Source: Paraglomus brasilianum
Taxonomy: Eukaryota
Length of the DNA: 64,000 nucleotides
Direction: 5' to 3'
NCBI GenBank assembly: GCA_910592345.1
Contig: CAJVPI010000003.1
Location: 1-64,000, forward strand
Part shown: positions 13,959 through 28,608 of the stretch, piece after piece
How the letters are laid out: every line of letters starts with the position of its first letter
How positions within the stretch are numbered: position 1 is the first letter of the stretch
The notes under the pieces: model-generated
Database searches by the model: none
Told to the model about the DNA's origin: nothing
The model's input: the letters and a program-made list of their open reading frames with translations, nothing else
Made by a program: the position numbers and the translations under genes

Positions 13959-16456
13959 ATCATTGCCATCGACATATTAATGATTACACACGTCCTCATT
14001 GGTCCACAAACCAATCCGCTCACTTCTTTCACTCGGCCACAAGTTTTGCCTTGTTCACCTAATTATCCATCCACTCTGCGCTCGGTTATCCAATCTGGGG
14101 TACCCGCACAGAAGTCGCTATTTAATCCGCGAACTGTGTGCTATAGAAACCTGTACGGGATGCATGGCTTATTCTCTGCCGCTGTTCATGTTTCACTTCC
14201 CTTTCTGCAAATAGGACAGCACCCTACATACAGCATCTCAAACAAAGAGTCCAAGTCGATCAATTATGAATAGAATCCGTTATAGCTTGGATGTACTCCT
14301 CGTCACCGTATAGGCTACTAACATATGCAACCATTAGTCTAGTGTGGTAACGTACATCTGATATACTTCTTTATTGATGCAGTCGGCCGCAATATTTTCC
14401 TTATTATTGTTCATAACCGAGGGCAACTGACTCAAAGGAAGGAGAAAGAAAAGAAAAAAAAAGATCATTCGGAAACAACTGCCAAGTACGCCCTGTGTTC
14501 ACCTTTCCTTTTTCATTCGTTGAATTAGCGAAAAAAAAAAAAACAGGGATAGATTGAACAGCCACACCACAGACATCACAGACATACAGTAACTATGAAA
14601 ATTTAATACTTTTACATTCTCTTTTTTTGTTTTCTGTTTGTTTTGCTTTTCCTTTTTTTAACAATGCGGATACAATTTATTATTTTTCCGATTGTGATTG
14701 ACTTTGCGGACAAATTGTCATATAAACAATTGTCTAAATATTTCATAATAAAATCGATTGCCTAATAACGATATTTTGTTATTATTTGTATTACGTTTAT
14801 ACCTAAGTTTAAGATACCTACTTTGTGTTTCCCATCATCGTACGCATATTAATATGTAAACTTGTTATCATAAATGGCCGCTTAATCTTTATTTGTATCT
14901 TTAATTGTAAGAAAACTAGTTAAAACTAGTATTTTGTCTAATGTAACTATGGCACAGCATTAGCTTAGTTTTAGGTCACATCCGTTACCTGTTTATTTTG
15001 CCCAACGGCGTACGGGTTGACATTAAACTTTCAATAATTCCGGTCATTTCTTCCGTCAATAAGGTTGACAAGGTATGTTTCACTGTCCGAAAATGGGTTC
15101 ACCTACTCCAAGCAGTATCACTTGACTCAAAATGCCTTTCTTGGCGGGAGCCTGGACCATTATGCTACACGTTTGGATTAATTGAAACAGTTATACTAAA
15201 TTGCAAGAGTCACGTTAGGTAGTGACGTAAACACTGCTGATCTAATCCTAATTATTGCATTATTATTATTACTAAGTGTATGTGTATATGTGTGTTTGTG
15301 TTTATATGCACATAGTGCTCTATATGCACAAGCAAGCAGCCATAAAAGAAACTTAAAAAAAAAATCCAGCTAATTGAGCCGAATTGAGACGATATCTCTA
15401 CTGTGAATGCTTACGAAAGCTTAGCCGTTAAAAATGATAATAATGCGAGAGGCATATGATCATTGACGAGACACAATAGAGAACAAACGATAATCCTCGT
15501 ATACAGAAAAAGTGTTCATTCAAGATACATACAGTTTACGTAAGATAATGTACGCCATATATTATAAATGCAGTACATTTGTTTATGCTTTATATTGTTT
15601 TTATTGTTTTATACTGTGTGATTTTGTTGCGCATATTATATCTCTTTATTATACATACCATACATGGTACATACATATACATGCCAATATGCATTCTCAA
15701 TTACCCTCGGCAATAACTATACTCGCAACCGAATTGTCGCTGATATCGATGCCGTTGAGCAAATAATGCCGGTATTATTGGACATTGAGAGGCAGCAAGT
15801 ATTCATATCGAATGGATTGTATTGTCGTTATAATTGCTGCATCATCGTTTTAAGTCCTTGGGATTATTGAAAAAAAAAACCAAATTTTTTACATTATCCC
15901 ATGTGGGGAAAGTACATTACCTAAATGGTTTATACAGACTTGCCAATAAGGGGGGAATAGAAGACCTTTTTTCGTGCATTTTGGGGTCAATTATAACAAT
16001 GAGAGAGGTAAACAGTAAATAAAAAAGAAAAAGTATAAATAGCAAATCTTAAGTAATAATATGACATTCATTTTATTGATATGCTTAAATGAATCTATTA
16101 TCAGTACATTGTACGTATAGTATATTCCAATTCGTATAATGTACATAAATGTAGATGATTGTTATTATTTATTAAAGTAATTAGTGATAATTTATTAATC
16201 GTTGATGTGATGATAGTTTACAATGTATCACAATCCGTACTACATACAACAACCCCCCTCTAACCCCACACAAACATTAAAATTATATATAAACGGTCTC
16301 TCAAGATTCAGTCATCTTTCTCATCAACAAGGATTCAATCACGGAAGGACCATTTACAGTCCCTAGCTTCTTCTTGTATATTATATCTTATATATATATA
16401 TAAATACATATATTATATTTAGTTTACGACCCTGTATACAAATTAACGATATAATC

Positions 16457-19107
16457 ATGTCTGAATATTTCAAGAAAATGAAGCTCTCAGAGTTCGTCGA
16501 ATGGAGCACCAATCAACTAAAGACCAAGTATCTCCCGACACCACCGGCTTCCCCTGAACTCAACCCGTCGATGCAAATGGCGCTTAACCCTCCTCCACAA
16601 AAGGGTTTTCACAACGATTCGTCCACGACAAAGACTTCAGAGCATGTATTCCAAAATGACTCGAGTGATACAGCTTTTAAAAATGGACGTCCAACTCTTG
16701 CTGAACTTGATTCTCAGGGTGACCCTGCTAGTGACAGTGCTTTCGACAACGTACCTCAAACGCCCCCAACTGGACGACTATCCGTGACAATTTTCGCAGG
16801 CCGCAAACTTCATGTCAATAGCGTCCATGCCAAACCCTATTGCGTTGTACAATTCGAGAAAAATGAATGCATCACTCAAGACGCAACAAGAGAGGGGGGT
16901 TTACCCCTACAGAGGGGAGGCAAATCGGTGGATTTCTTAGATTTAGTGCATGCTGCCACTAGTCCCGTCTGGAACCAGACTGTAACCTTGTGAGTATTAC
17001 GTACGGTTTCATAATATTTGTAAACAGTTGTTAGGGCCATGATCTTTATCAATCATTAGATATAATGTAGGTCGCACTAGTCAGTATTGTTGATTGGTGG
17101 GCCCTAACGCCTATCGGGTTGTAAACAAACCAGAAAAGCGGTCGACAAAAGAAAACTGTTTCTAATGTCACGTTGATAAACGCACATGTCCGGCGATGTT
17201 TTGACAATTTGTCGACATCACAACTTGATAGCTATCATTAGGCCATGACTATTCTTTTCTCTATATCGACAGTTTGCTAACTATTTGCTGACGTCATCAA
17301 CAGTGACGTCTTTCGCTTAGACGAAGAGGTCCACGTGTATGTATATGAACGCGTTCAGAACGACCAATCCAACGAAATCTTTTTAGGCTATCTGACAATC
17401 AAACCTCCGAGAAAACATAATGAAGTCATTGATGGTTGGTTCAAGTAAGCTAATCACTGGTTTTTTTGTTTTGTTTTTTTTTGTTTTATGTATCCGAGCG
17501 AGAGACGAATCATACGAATCACGCTGATTTGTTTCATAACGGACACGAAAAAAATCTATTTACAAGATGCTCACATTCTCTCTTCTTTTTTTTTTAGGCT
17601 AATGCCACGCGGCAATGATGTTGTTTCAGGTGAAATGCACGTTAAAATATCATATCAGGCCGTGGCGGTAGGTGATGATAATATAGTATCTATCTTTTAC
17701 ACCTGCCATAACTACTCGGAAGTACTTACAAGAATCGAACCTATCATTCTAGAAAGCCCATCTTACCCCCGATTCGTTTGAGATCTTGAAACTTATTGGT
17801 AGGGGGAACTTTGGACGAGTATTCCAGGTCCGCAAGAAAGACACCAACCGTATCTATGCTATGAAGGTTCTCCATAAACAAGACCTTATAGAACGTCGCG
17901 AGGTTCAACATACACTGGCAGAAAAGAATATTCTCATTCAAGCAGAGGCTTGCCCATTCCTCGTAGGCTTGAAATTCTCCTTCCAGACAAAGACACATCT
18001 TTATTTGGTAACAGATTTCATGAATGGGGGAGAACTATTTTGGCATTTGCAAAACGAAGTAAGATTGGCCGAAGAGCGAGCAAAGTTTTATGCTGCTGAG
18101 ATTGTTTTGGCATTAGAGCACTTGCATAAATTTAATATTGTTTATAGGTAACGTACCAAAAAAAAAGAAGGGGTAGGGGGTAGTGTGTGGGATAGCGTGG
18201 GGGTAGCGTGGGGTTATTGTGGGGGGAAGGTGTGTGTAGAAGGGCGTGGGGGGTAAAGGGGAGCGCGGTGAAACATCAGGGGACTAATTATTCTCGTCAC
18301 ATTATCCGTTAATAGAGATCTAAAACCAGAAAATATTCTTCTCGATGCTACTGGTCACATTGCTTTATGCGATTTCGGTCTTTGCAAAGAAAATCTTGGT
18401 GCTGGTCAAACGACGAATACTTTCTGTGGTACATCGGAGTATCTGGCTCCTGAGGTCCTCGCTGAGTGTGGGTACGGCAAGTCCGTTGACTGGTGGAGTC
18501 TCGGAATTCTTTTTTATGAAATGATCGCTGGCTTCAGCCCGTTCTATACCCACGACACTCAGATGATGTATAGAAGAATCCTGTTCGGTAAACTCAAGTT
18601 TCCCAAAGGGCTATTCAGTGATGACGCCAAGAGCCTTATCAAGGGTGTAAGTATTAATGGACGCGGATAAGTTAGAGTTGAGATGAGGATGGGATTACCG
18701 ATTATCAAATTATAGGCCGTGTTGTCAATTTACTTGTCCATTAACGATGCTCTCTTTTTTTCTTCTTGTAGCTCCTTGCTCGCAATCCAGGTCATCGTCT
18801 CGGCACGCATCACGATGCAGAAGAAATCAAGAACCATCCGTTCTTTGCCGCAATAGACTGGGAGGCACTCTGTAACAAACAAGTATCTCCACCATTCAAA
18901 CCAAATGTCTCTTCTGATGACGATACATCATGCTTTGATCCTGCTTTCACCGAAGAAGAGACTACAATCGATTGGCCGACTATATCGAAAACTCTCAGTC
19001 GTAATGGGACCAACGCGAGCGAAGTGTTCAGTGGATTTACGTATTCAGGCGAAACAGTCGTCGGTATTGGACGTGAACCTGCCGCTCTCACAAATTCTGG
19101 TAATTGA
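16457..19107 (+). CDS. SCH9: Sch9-like AGC Ser/Thr kinase with an N-terminal C2 domain, 6 exons
   Basis: Exons 16457-16989, 17304-17444, 17598-17667, 17753-18147, 18316-18646, 18772-19107, all GT-AG and in frame. Motifs: PYCVVQFEKNE (C2), GRGNFGRV, GGELFWHLQ, YRDLKPEN, DFG, TNTFCGTSEYLAPE and hydrophobic motif FSGFTY. Confidence 0.9.
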
Positions 19108-21829
19108 GGGTGTTGCAGAAATTAAAGTGGGATGCATCACGCAGGATACCGTGTGATATATCCCACATGTAAGAATATAGAAAAAAAGGACAATGCCATC
19201 TTATGTGATGACACCAAAATACTTTTTTGTAAAATACATTTTCCCTTTATACCTTCTACCCTTTTTTTTCTTCCCGTTTTCCCTCCTCCTCCTTTTATCC
19301 TTGTTCATACTGTACACTTTACTCCGTCATTCCTTTGAATATCAAATAATTACCTCCCACATTTACCTTTTATTACAGTGCACATTAAAAAACAAAAGCA
19401 CAAATGAAAATCCCTCTAAGAATGAAAAGCATGGAAAGATGATGCCGAGAGGTTTTTTTTTCTCTCCGTGACATCTTTATATTGATTTACTAAGCTATTT
19501 TTTTTCCATTACGAAAAAGAAACAATAACTTTTTACAATACTATTAATCAAGGATCTTCCCACTACACTTTTTTTTTTTTCACGGTTATAGTGTAGGGAA
19601 GAATGTATATATGTTAATTTCATACGTGTTGTCATTTTTGAAAACAAAAAAATCAACTTTTTTTTTATAAGCTAACAAAGAGAAGGAAATCGCTTTGAGC
19701 AGAGATGTGGCGTAATATCGCTATGGATGTAATCCAAGCTCTAACGGTGACCTATTTGTCGCGAACCTTGTGTGTTCACAGCGACTTATCGCCGATAATA
19801 ACACAAATAACAGCTTGTTATTGTTGTTCATGGTCTAGCGCCGTTTCCTCTCTGGTTTCCTTCTCTTTATGCTCTATTTAGCCCTTTTTTTTAAAGAAGA
19901 AAAAAACGGTTAAGTGTGGTAACAATTGATATAAGAAAATTTAATTAATGATTGTAATAATTCAATAAGGTTTTGTTATATTCTTTCTCTTTGGGGATAC
20001 CATTGACTTTTTGTTTAGTCAATCCATACAATTCATCACCACGCTGCAAAGGACGTCTTTGTGGTTTTGTTTGCGAGTGATTTAGGAGGGTCATAGTTTA
20101 AAGCAATTTTAAGAAAAGCTTTCTATTTTATATAGTATTGGGAATGAGGAGGTTTTTCTTCCCCTTTAACATCCACCTCTACTATTATTTTTTTTAACAT
20201 TATTTTTATGTTAATTTTCTGATAACACTTTTCTTATCAGGAAAATCATTGCTTTTCCTTACCAGTCTGCGGACTGTTTGACCCTCCGACTCTTCTCGTC
20301 CTTCAATAATTGTATGCGTGCTAAACATTTAATAGCATGGGTTTTGCAATATCCCCAACAAAGAAAAGATATTCTAATTACGATTAAATAATAAAAGAGA
20401 TGTTCTCAGATCTTACTATGCTCAAAATCTTGGTAACAATATGAACGATAAATGCAATTATTGAATACGTAAATCTTTCAATGTTTCGCATACGAATACC
20501 CAGAGTATAGCGCCTACATTCAGCACTCACGAATATGTTTTTACAAAGTGTAGGTAATAGTTACTTATTCACGGCGTCCAAATGAAATTCGACAATTTAG
20601 TGAGATTCGCCGTCGAGTTACTGTTTCTTATGATGGCGTTGACTAAAGAAAAGGGTGGGGAAATTGAAAGACTCTCTCTATTCTACGAATGCTAATGGTC
20701 ATATTAAGCAGTCTGTAATGTTGGCGCCCTTGTAGAATATGCTTGCTTCGAATTGTCATCACCTGGCCAAAAGGAGGGGTGATACTGAACGCGACTAGCA
20801 TCCATCGCTGTTGATGCCACATGCTGACCTGCAGATCGAAAGTGTTAATAATAACAGGTAATAATAACAGGTATTATTAATATCGGATCAATGACATGCC
20901 GAGATGTCAGACGCACACCATCGTGTTAATAAATGCGGAAATAATTACCGATTTTCAAAAGAATTTGCCAATTTCGAAAGTGAGAGAAACAACCTTCGGT
21001 AAAAATATAGCTATATTAATTTTTGCTCGTTGTTTTCATGGCCGAACGCGGAAAATTTATCCGTTCAGTCAGTGACAGTATTTTTGCTTGTTAGCTAACA
21101 GTTGAAATCTTCAATTTAATACAGTATTTTTGGCATCAGAACATGTTAGCCAACAGTCGAAATCTTCAAGGCATTTTCATCCGCGTCCTGTCACATTTTG
21201 GTGACCACTTTTATGTATTTAACAATTTATATTCTATATCAAAAATAAATTGACGACATTGAAAAGTATAATTCTTTCGCTATAATTAAAAGCATGTACG
21301 CGATTCTTTCATTGTTTATGCACTCTGAACGCTACGTCACCTTGCACCATAAATAATTGCCATACTTCCGTCATACTGCAGCTTTTGTGCTCTTACGTAA
21401 AGACATACCGATACATTAAAAAGAAAGATCTTCATAGTTTGCTTCTCAGATGCGTTCACGTACAACACTGCATGCCTACAATCATCATGCAGGAACAATA
21501 ACATAAAAAAGCATTCTGTCTAGCTATCATCTGACGGCGATCAATTGTGTAGGTCTCTTCTTCAACAAGGAGATGTTGACGGTAACCTATAGCCGTTGAA
21601 CGAAACGGTGAGACTGTAGATTGTTAAAAGTGACTCTCTCCAAGAAAATTCTCACAATCAGTTTGTGCGAATAATTTTGAAACCCAATTTTTGTAGATCG
21701 ACAACAATGGTCAATTGCTATTAAAAGGTTGGTTTATTTTGTGGTAAAAGAACCAATTGAGCTGACGCCTTAAAACGCAGACGATAATAAGGTTCTGCGA
21801 TTTGCATTTATGGTGGCTTTCCACGAATG

Positions 21830-23294
21830 TTAGTGGTTTAGATATAGGTAGGAGTATATAGCCGTAGTCAAAAGACTCGTACTTAGGGAGGAAAGAAAAT
21901 TAACCTATCAAGTCCAGTTTACTGTAAATAGACGAGGCATTCGCTGACGGTTTAACCAAAAGCAATTATCTTACCTGATTATTATCCAGTAAATTTATCC
22001 CACTTACAACCACTACACCCTCTCTGTCATGTGATGCAATCATTTTCTTATCCTTCGAGTATAACGTCTGCTGCACTGTCGCGCCGAGAAAGGAATCGAC
22101 AAGAGACCCAAATAAACCGGCGAATGCGCCAAGGGGAACAAGTTCAAAAATAACACGGTCGCAGGAAGGATAGAGGCACAAGACGGAACAAATGCCGATT
22201 AAAGTGCCACCAGCTATAGAAGCGAGTAGACCTAGTGGCGATACGCCGCCATTTGTGCCAGGTGGGACCTGCTTACAAAGATAATAAAATATAGTCATCA
22301 TGTAGATATGGGTATAGAGCAATTAACTAATCGGTACTTGCCTTTCTAAGCGTTGTTATTAAGTAAGGCCAGCCTTTACTGAGTACGCCGAGTTCACTTG
22401 CCCACTGTAAAAAGAAAACAAGGCTCGTGAGTTATATTGATAAAGAAACAAAATTTATTGTACCCCATCTTACGACCACCCTTTTAGAATCTCTAAACTA
22501 TTTTTAAGCAATGGAATTTACCCTACCGAATCACCTGCGCATGTTGCATAGTGTCTACAGAATAATTACTGATCTTATAAATGTCCAGTCTCAGTATAAA
22601 CTTCACCACGCCTTCTCTACATTAAATGCTATTTTGATTAAAGATATTTTATTCGCTCACCCAACATAAGCCACGACTATCAATCGCGATTTAGGCTCTT
22701 CCCACAGGCAATCGATATCACCAAAATACGATCGATGTGCTATGGCTAGAACCATTCCCCAGAATCCATTGCAGAATACTTGTATTGCGGTCCTCTGACC
22801 GCCTTTCATTGGAGGAAAAGAGAGAATGAGTGTCGATAACGCAGTCAGTATAAATTAAACCGACAAGTTTTTACCTTCAGTGTATTCTTCATCGAGCTCT
22901 TTCTTTTTTGCCGCCTTGAACTATGAAAATACAATCAGTAAAGGCGTGTTTGAGCCGAGAAATTCTTTGATCGTCTGTTGGACAGTCTAGTTTATCAGAC
23001 TCTCCATCTCCATCCCCTACCACGATTATTTATTGACCAGGTTTATTCCATCCACCACTTTCTTTGGTCACAACAAACCTTGGTGAAGAATGATCCCGTA
23101 TAATAAAATGTTAATAATATCACCGCAAATAATCTCCATTCATTTGCAAGTGTCCCCATTCCAACAAAAAATGCAGCTAATGCTCCACTGAACGAGAGCG
23201 ACTTTTTCTTGTATCCTCGCCTCGCCAAATACAAAGGCAGGCCGACCGTGACTATATATGACCAGACGACATAAAGCGGAGGAAAAGAAGACAT
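21830..23294 (-). CDS. TMEM19/DUF92-family membrane protein, multi-exon
   Basis: KKKSLSFSGALAAFFVG, GGQRTAIQVFCNG, HYATCAGDS-WASELG, VPPGTNGGVSPLG, GSLVDSFLGATVQ, LLDNNQVNF. Stop TAA at 21830-21832. One GC-AG intron (22269-22341). Confidence 0.9.
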
Positions 23295-23604
23295 TGTGAC
23301 TTTGGATATGTAAGCCAGAACATTCTGTCTGGTAAATATGAAATTTCATTGGTGTAAGAGATCTTCTATTTTTCACCCTGCGTAGGGCAAGGGTGACTGT
23401 CATGTGATAATGCATCAGGCGCAGATCGCTGTGACACACGTGATGCACAATATGTGCAGATAAGTTAATAGGCTTGGTCCAAAGAATTCGCCACTTGTTT
23501 AGCTTTCCAACTTGCCTCAACGCCCTCAACCTGTAGTTCTATCGGCTTGGTACTCTTATTGCTACACTATCATATTTTAGTATTTTTCTCGGGCTACACA
23601 AACA

Positions 23605-24810
23605 ATGGCTTCACACCGCAGACGGATCGAGACTGATGTTATGAAATTGTGAGTATGCGACATGGCGGCGTTTATGGAATATTTATTGTCAGACATCATT
23701 TCGTGTATTCTCATGCTCTCCCGTCTTACGTAGACTTATGAGTGATTATGAAGTCACACTAGTGAATGATAATATGCAAGAGTTTTATGTGCGTTTCCAC
23801 GGACCAGAAGACAGTAAGTGGATACCCGAATATACCCTCAAGCTTCCTCTCTTGTCTACAGCTATTGTTTGGGCATGGCTACTGTAAGTTACAGCTATTG
23901 TGGTGTTTTTGTATGTTTCCCGTGCCCGTTTTTAGCGCCATTTACTGGAGGCGTATGGAAAGTCCATGTTGAGCTTCCGGATCAATATCCATATAAATCA
24001 CCGTCGATTGGATTTATGAATAAGATATTCCATCCTAATATCGATGAACTGTGAGTATTGGGCCAACATTTGTTTTGGATATAGTTTGTCTGTGATTCGG
24101 AACGTGCAACCTTGTTTACATTTTCTGTTCTGTTTAGGAGTGGATCCGTATGTCTCGATGTGATTAATCAAACATGGAGTCCAATGTTTGGTAATGTAAA
24201 TTGGATATGACTTTAGTTATAATCAGCAATGGTTTTAATAAGATTATGTTCACAGCCTTGGTAATGACGATGATCGATGATAGTATAATACTATACTTGT
24301 GATGATAATAATGTTATTATGATTATCATCGTTATTATGCTCATCGTAATGACTAGAGAGGCATTGTCACTATGTTATAGTATTTACCGCAATATTTGGT
24401 TACAGTACGAAAATGGTTACTGATACTTTTACAATTCCTTTGAATGTTAGACATGATCAATATCTTTGAGGTGTTCCTCCCTCAGCTTTTGAGATATCCA
24501 AACCCCACTGATCCATTGAATGGGGAGGCGGCTGCTTTATTGATGCGAGAACCACAAACATATGACAACAAAGTCAAAGGTTAGTTGCTCTCCAAGAACC
24601 CGTGCTTGTCGGAGAACGATTTGCTCTGGAAATACAATTCATATTATCATACCGTTCGCGACATGTTATCTATTAGAATACGTAAGTCGATTCGCCACAA
24701 AGGAAGCAGCTGAAGCAGCAACGGATGAAAGCTCTTCCGATGAGGAGGACGAAGTAAGTTCGGTAGAGTCATATACAGACGAAGACGTTGCGCAAGAAAT
24801 GGAATTCTGA
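23605..24810 (+). CDS. UBC8: Ubiquitin-conjugating enzyme E2 (Ubc8/UBE2H), 6 exons
   Basis: [69 protein letters not shown] and an acidic tail. GT-AG introns. Confidence 0.95.
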
Positions 24811-26619
24811 CTTGGAGAATATGGTTCGTGCTTGGGCGGACTGGTTTGATACATTGTAATGTGTTTAATGACTTTGTCTAGTCTATTTATTATGGTAATT
24901 GGCTGATTCATGAAAACTTTAATTGCATTGTTTTTTTCTTTCTTTTGAATGATAGTATGTTAAAATAGAATATGTGTGATCGCGTTTCATTTCCATCATT
25001 AATTATTCGTAGTCCCAAGTAGATTTAGAATTTGAGGGTATCCGGATATCATGAGCGAGCAAGTCACACGACATTTATACAATATGCAACCGATGCTGGC
25101 GGGTTAATTGGGTGACAGTTGTAACTGAATTATTTGATTTTTATTATTTTTTTTTTCGTCGAATACAATGTTCTACATAATAATGATATCGTTAACTATT
25201 GGTTATGATATGAGGCAACTGACAGTCGATCGACTCAGTCATATGATATATTAATATATGCAACAAGGCAAACTGGAAATGCCCCGCCACTAAAAGATTT
25301 TGGGGTCTAATTAGTTAATATTTGTCTTACCCCATATTTGCCTTGAAAAATTAAAAATAAAGGGCAACCAAAATAAGTAATAATATTCCTAAAACATAAA
25401 AGATTTTGGTTGACATTGGTTCCATCTTGGCGGAAACGCAAAGGATTAAACTTTTCGTCTGTCTGCAACGTACTCGCGAGAATCGTTTCTGATATTAATA
25501 TGCCATAAAATAGCCATACTTACCTCAAGAATTCATTTATAATTATCGACAAGAAACGTTATACGATGAGCTGAATTTTCATGGACGATGAAAATATGTT
25601 GGTTCGTTTCTCCGCCCAATAGTTTTGCACGTAGAATTTCGACCCGTCATTCCTGCTTGCATTCTAGTCTGTTAGTTCAGACTATCACTTTGGCTGGCCA
25701 TTGCATCGTCTAGACTCGATGTATTTATAATTATTGCACGGAATTAACCGTGTAGTGACAGATTCCTCCAGCCCGAAACGAATATTCCTAAGCAATAATT
25801 TAACTTTCAATTAATTAAATTATGATAATAAAAAGTCTTGATAACATACAAATACATTGTTCATTATAATATTTCTCATTAATAAGGTAAAGAATGCAAC
25901 AAAGGTTCAAAAAATTTAATTTTACAATCAATCTTGTCTAAAATTGTGGCAAATAATCAAAGAGAGAAGTTGATTATTGACCTCGAGTTTTGGCACTCTA
26001 AGTTAGTTCAGCGAATATTGTTATTTAGGGAGGTCAGCGTGTTTATTTATAACGCGTTTTCGCATTAATAGTAATTGTATGCCAAGTCAAAGGATCGATC
26101 GATTACCAACAGAGGATTAACGATCGCCGGTCTACCGGACGACCACCAAGGAATGAAATAAAGCATGTAATTAGCAATGTGTTTTAAAACTTCATTCGTT
26201 TACTGCTACAATATACAGTAAACCCTTCATAAGGAACCCCATAAGTGCAAATCCGTAACCACCTATTTTCTACAACTAACTGCAACGGATTTTCTGATAG
26301 ACTTACTATTACTTCCCAAGTACCATTCATACTATTGCGCTACGGGAAATCAGCAATTATTATTGAACAATAAGGCGTTCTGTTTAGTAATTTTTTAACT
26401 CCAGAGTATCGAATATAGCCATTCCGGCAATAGAAAACGTATTAGTATGCGTAACCGCATACGATGTTAGCTAATGCTTTATTTAACGTTAACAAGGCCT
26501 CTTACTCCGTTTATAACTACGTTAAGAACGTCTCCTGCCGAATAAATGAGCAATAAAGTCAAATCATCAGAAGCAGACTCAATTGGCTAACTTATTGAGA
26601 TTGACTGTATGCTAATATC

Positions 26620-27262
26620 CAATCTGTTCCCACTTTGAATTACATTAACCCATTCTCATAAAAGTATACACTTTACTTTGTGCTTTAGTATATCCCTGTT
26701 CAGTTGCTGTTTTGAATGTCTGCCTCTACTCTAATTCCATTTCATAATACAAACCAAGAATGTATTGTGCACCAGCATTGCCTTCTCCAACTATCAAAAG
26801 TCAATTATAGAGCCAACGTCTATTGCTAGTCCCGCAATTTCGCTATAATACCAACCACGATTATGTTGTACTGACATGTATGCTTGTTTAATTGCTTTTT
26901 GATATAATTCAGTTGCTTTGTTCATCTCATTCTACTCCAGTTCTATGGGCATAACATAAAGCCAGATTACATTGTGTATGGACATGTCCTTGTTTAACTG
27001 TTTTTTGATATAGTTCAACTAGTTTTTTTCTACTCCATATCCATTTCATTTTTATAACAGAAAACAAGAGTATTTAGTGCTCAAGCATCTCCTTGTTCAA
27101 CAGCTTTCTGATATAATTTAACCGCCTTCTGTTCATCAGCATAACATATAGCAAGGTTTTATTGAGCACTGGCATCTCCTTGTTCAGCTGTTGCTTTTTG
27201 TTCATCTCTTTCTACTTCAGTTCCATTTGCACAACATAAAACAAGATTCAATTGAGCATTAG
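26620..27262 (-). pseudogene. Sel1-like repeat protein pseudogene
   Basis: Minus strand gives NAQLNLVLCCANGTEVERDEQKA, AEQGDASAQ*NLAICY and DEQKAVKLYQKAVEQGDA*ALNTLVFCYKN, with stops and deletions. Confidence 0.8.
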
Positions 27263-28608
27263 GTTAACACTTGGTTTAATGTAACACGTGATACAGCTTG
27301 GACAATTAAAACTTATTGGATTATTCTTATGCACAGTTAATGATAATGCAACTCTCTATGACAGGGATTTATCGTGAATAAAAGTCCTCGCGATTAAGAC
27401 AGGGATTTATCGAATTCGATAAGCCAATTTCTAATGTTATCGACGCATATGTCCTTTGTCTGAAAGGAGTGAATTACGGGATTACTTTAGAGGTTGCTTA
27501 ATTCTGAATTATACCCAGTGGTAGTGTAAGCGTTATCGATTCATTAGAAATCATCTTATAAAGGGGAAGATCGCCTCGTTTACAACGTCGAGAGGCTTAA
27601 TCGGTTGTGCGAACGCCCTTCGATGAAAGCCCAGCAACGACGACAATATTATCATCATTATCGCTCGTATACAGTGTATGGAACATTCCCCAATTTTATA
27701 TTTATACAAGTTTCGAATATCACATATAGTATGTAGAACCGGTGCCAATGAAGCATTAACAAAATATTATAAAGATTTAATCTACACAACTACATTTGTT
27801 TCTCTGATCATTAAATCGGTAGTCTGTTCGGCTGGCCAGTGTTGTTACAGAAATCTCCAAATGCTTTCCCCAGTTGTTTATCTTGAATGTCAATAAATGT
27901 ACTTACGGCAGAATTATGACTGTGACGTCTCGATAATTACAACTAATCTTATCAAAAGCTTTATCTGTAATGTGTGAATAAACCAATTGAATGAATGGTC
28001 TTGTTTTATTTCTATCCCGAGTTGGTAGTCTATATATTAATATCAGCATAGTGCGCTTTATAATGCCATAAAACTCGATAATAATACCTTTGCTGATTGA
28101 TTCAAGACGTGTCTTCGATAATAAGAGTTTCCAAACATAAAGGGGCTTAATGTTTGTTTATTTCAGCCGAAACGTAACAATTATAGTTCAAATGATCTTT
28201 TGTTTCAGGCATGCGGATAAACTCGTAGTACTTGCTGTAGATGGGTTTATAAAAAACTTTAAAACATATCGAAAGAGATCTATATAACGTCTTTATCGAA
28301 TCATATTAAAATTACTGTCATACATGTTTCAAATAAACAACATTCATTTGGGGGTGTGCGATCGATAATTGAGTGGAAAACTTTCACATGTATTATAAAA
28401 GTTGAAAACAGAAGATATAAAGTTTGTTAATATCGGATATACGTAAATGCAGTTCCGAAAGTATACAAGATTTTTAATAGACATTTGCATAAAAACAATA
28501 TGATTTACGGAAAGCTTCTTGAAAGTTAATTACACCATGTCACTTTTCCTCCCCCCATACATATTAATATAAATAACCCCAAAATTGACGACGATCCCCT
28601 GAAAGTTT

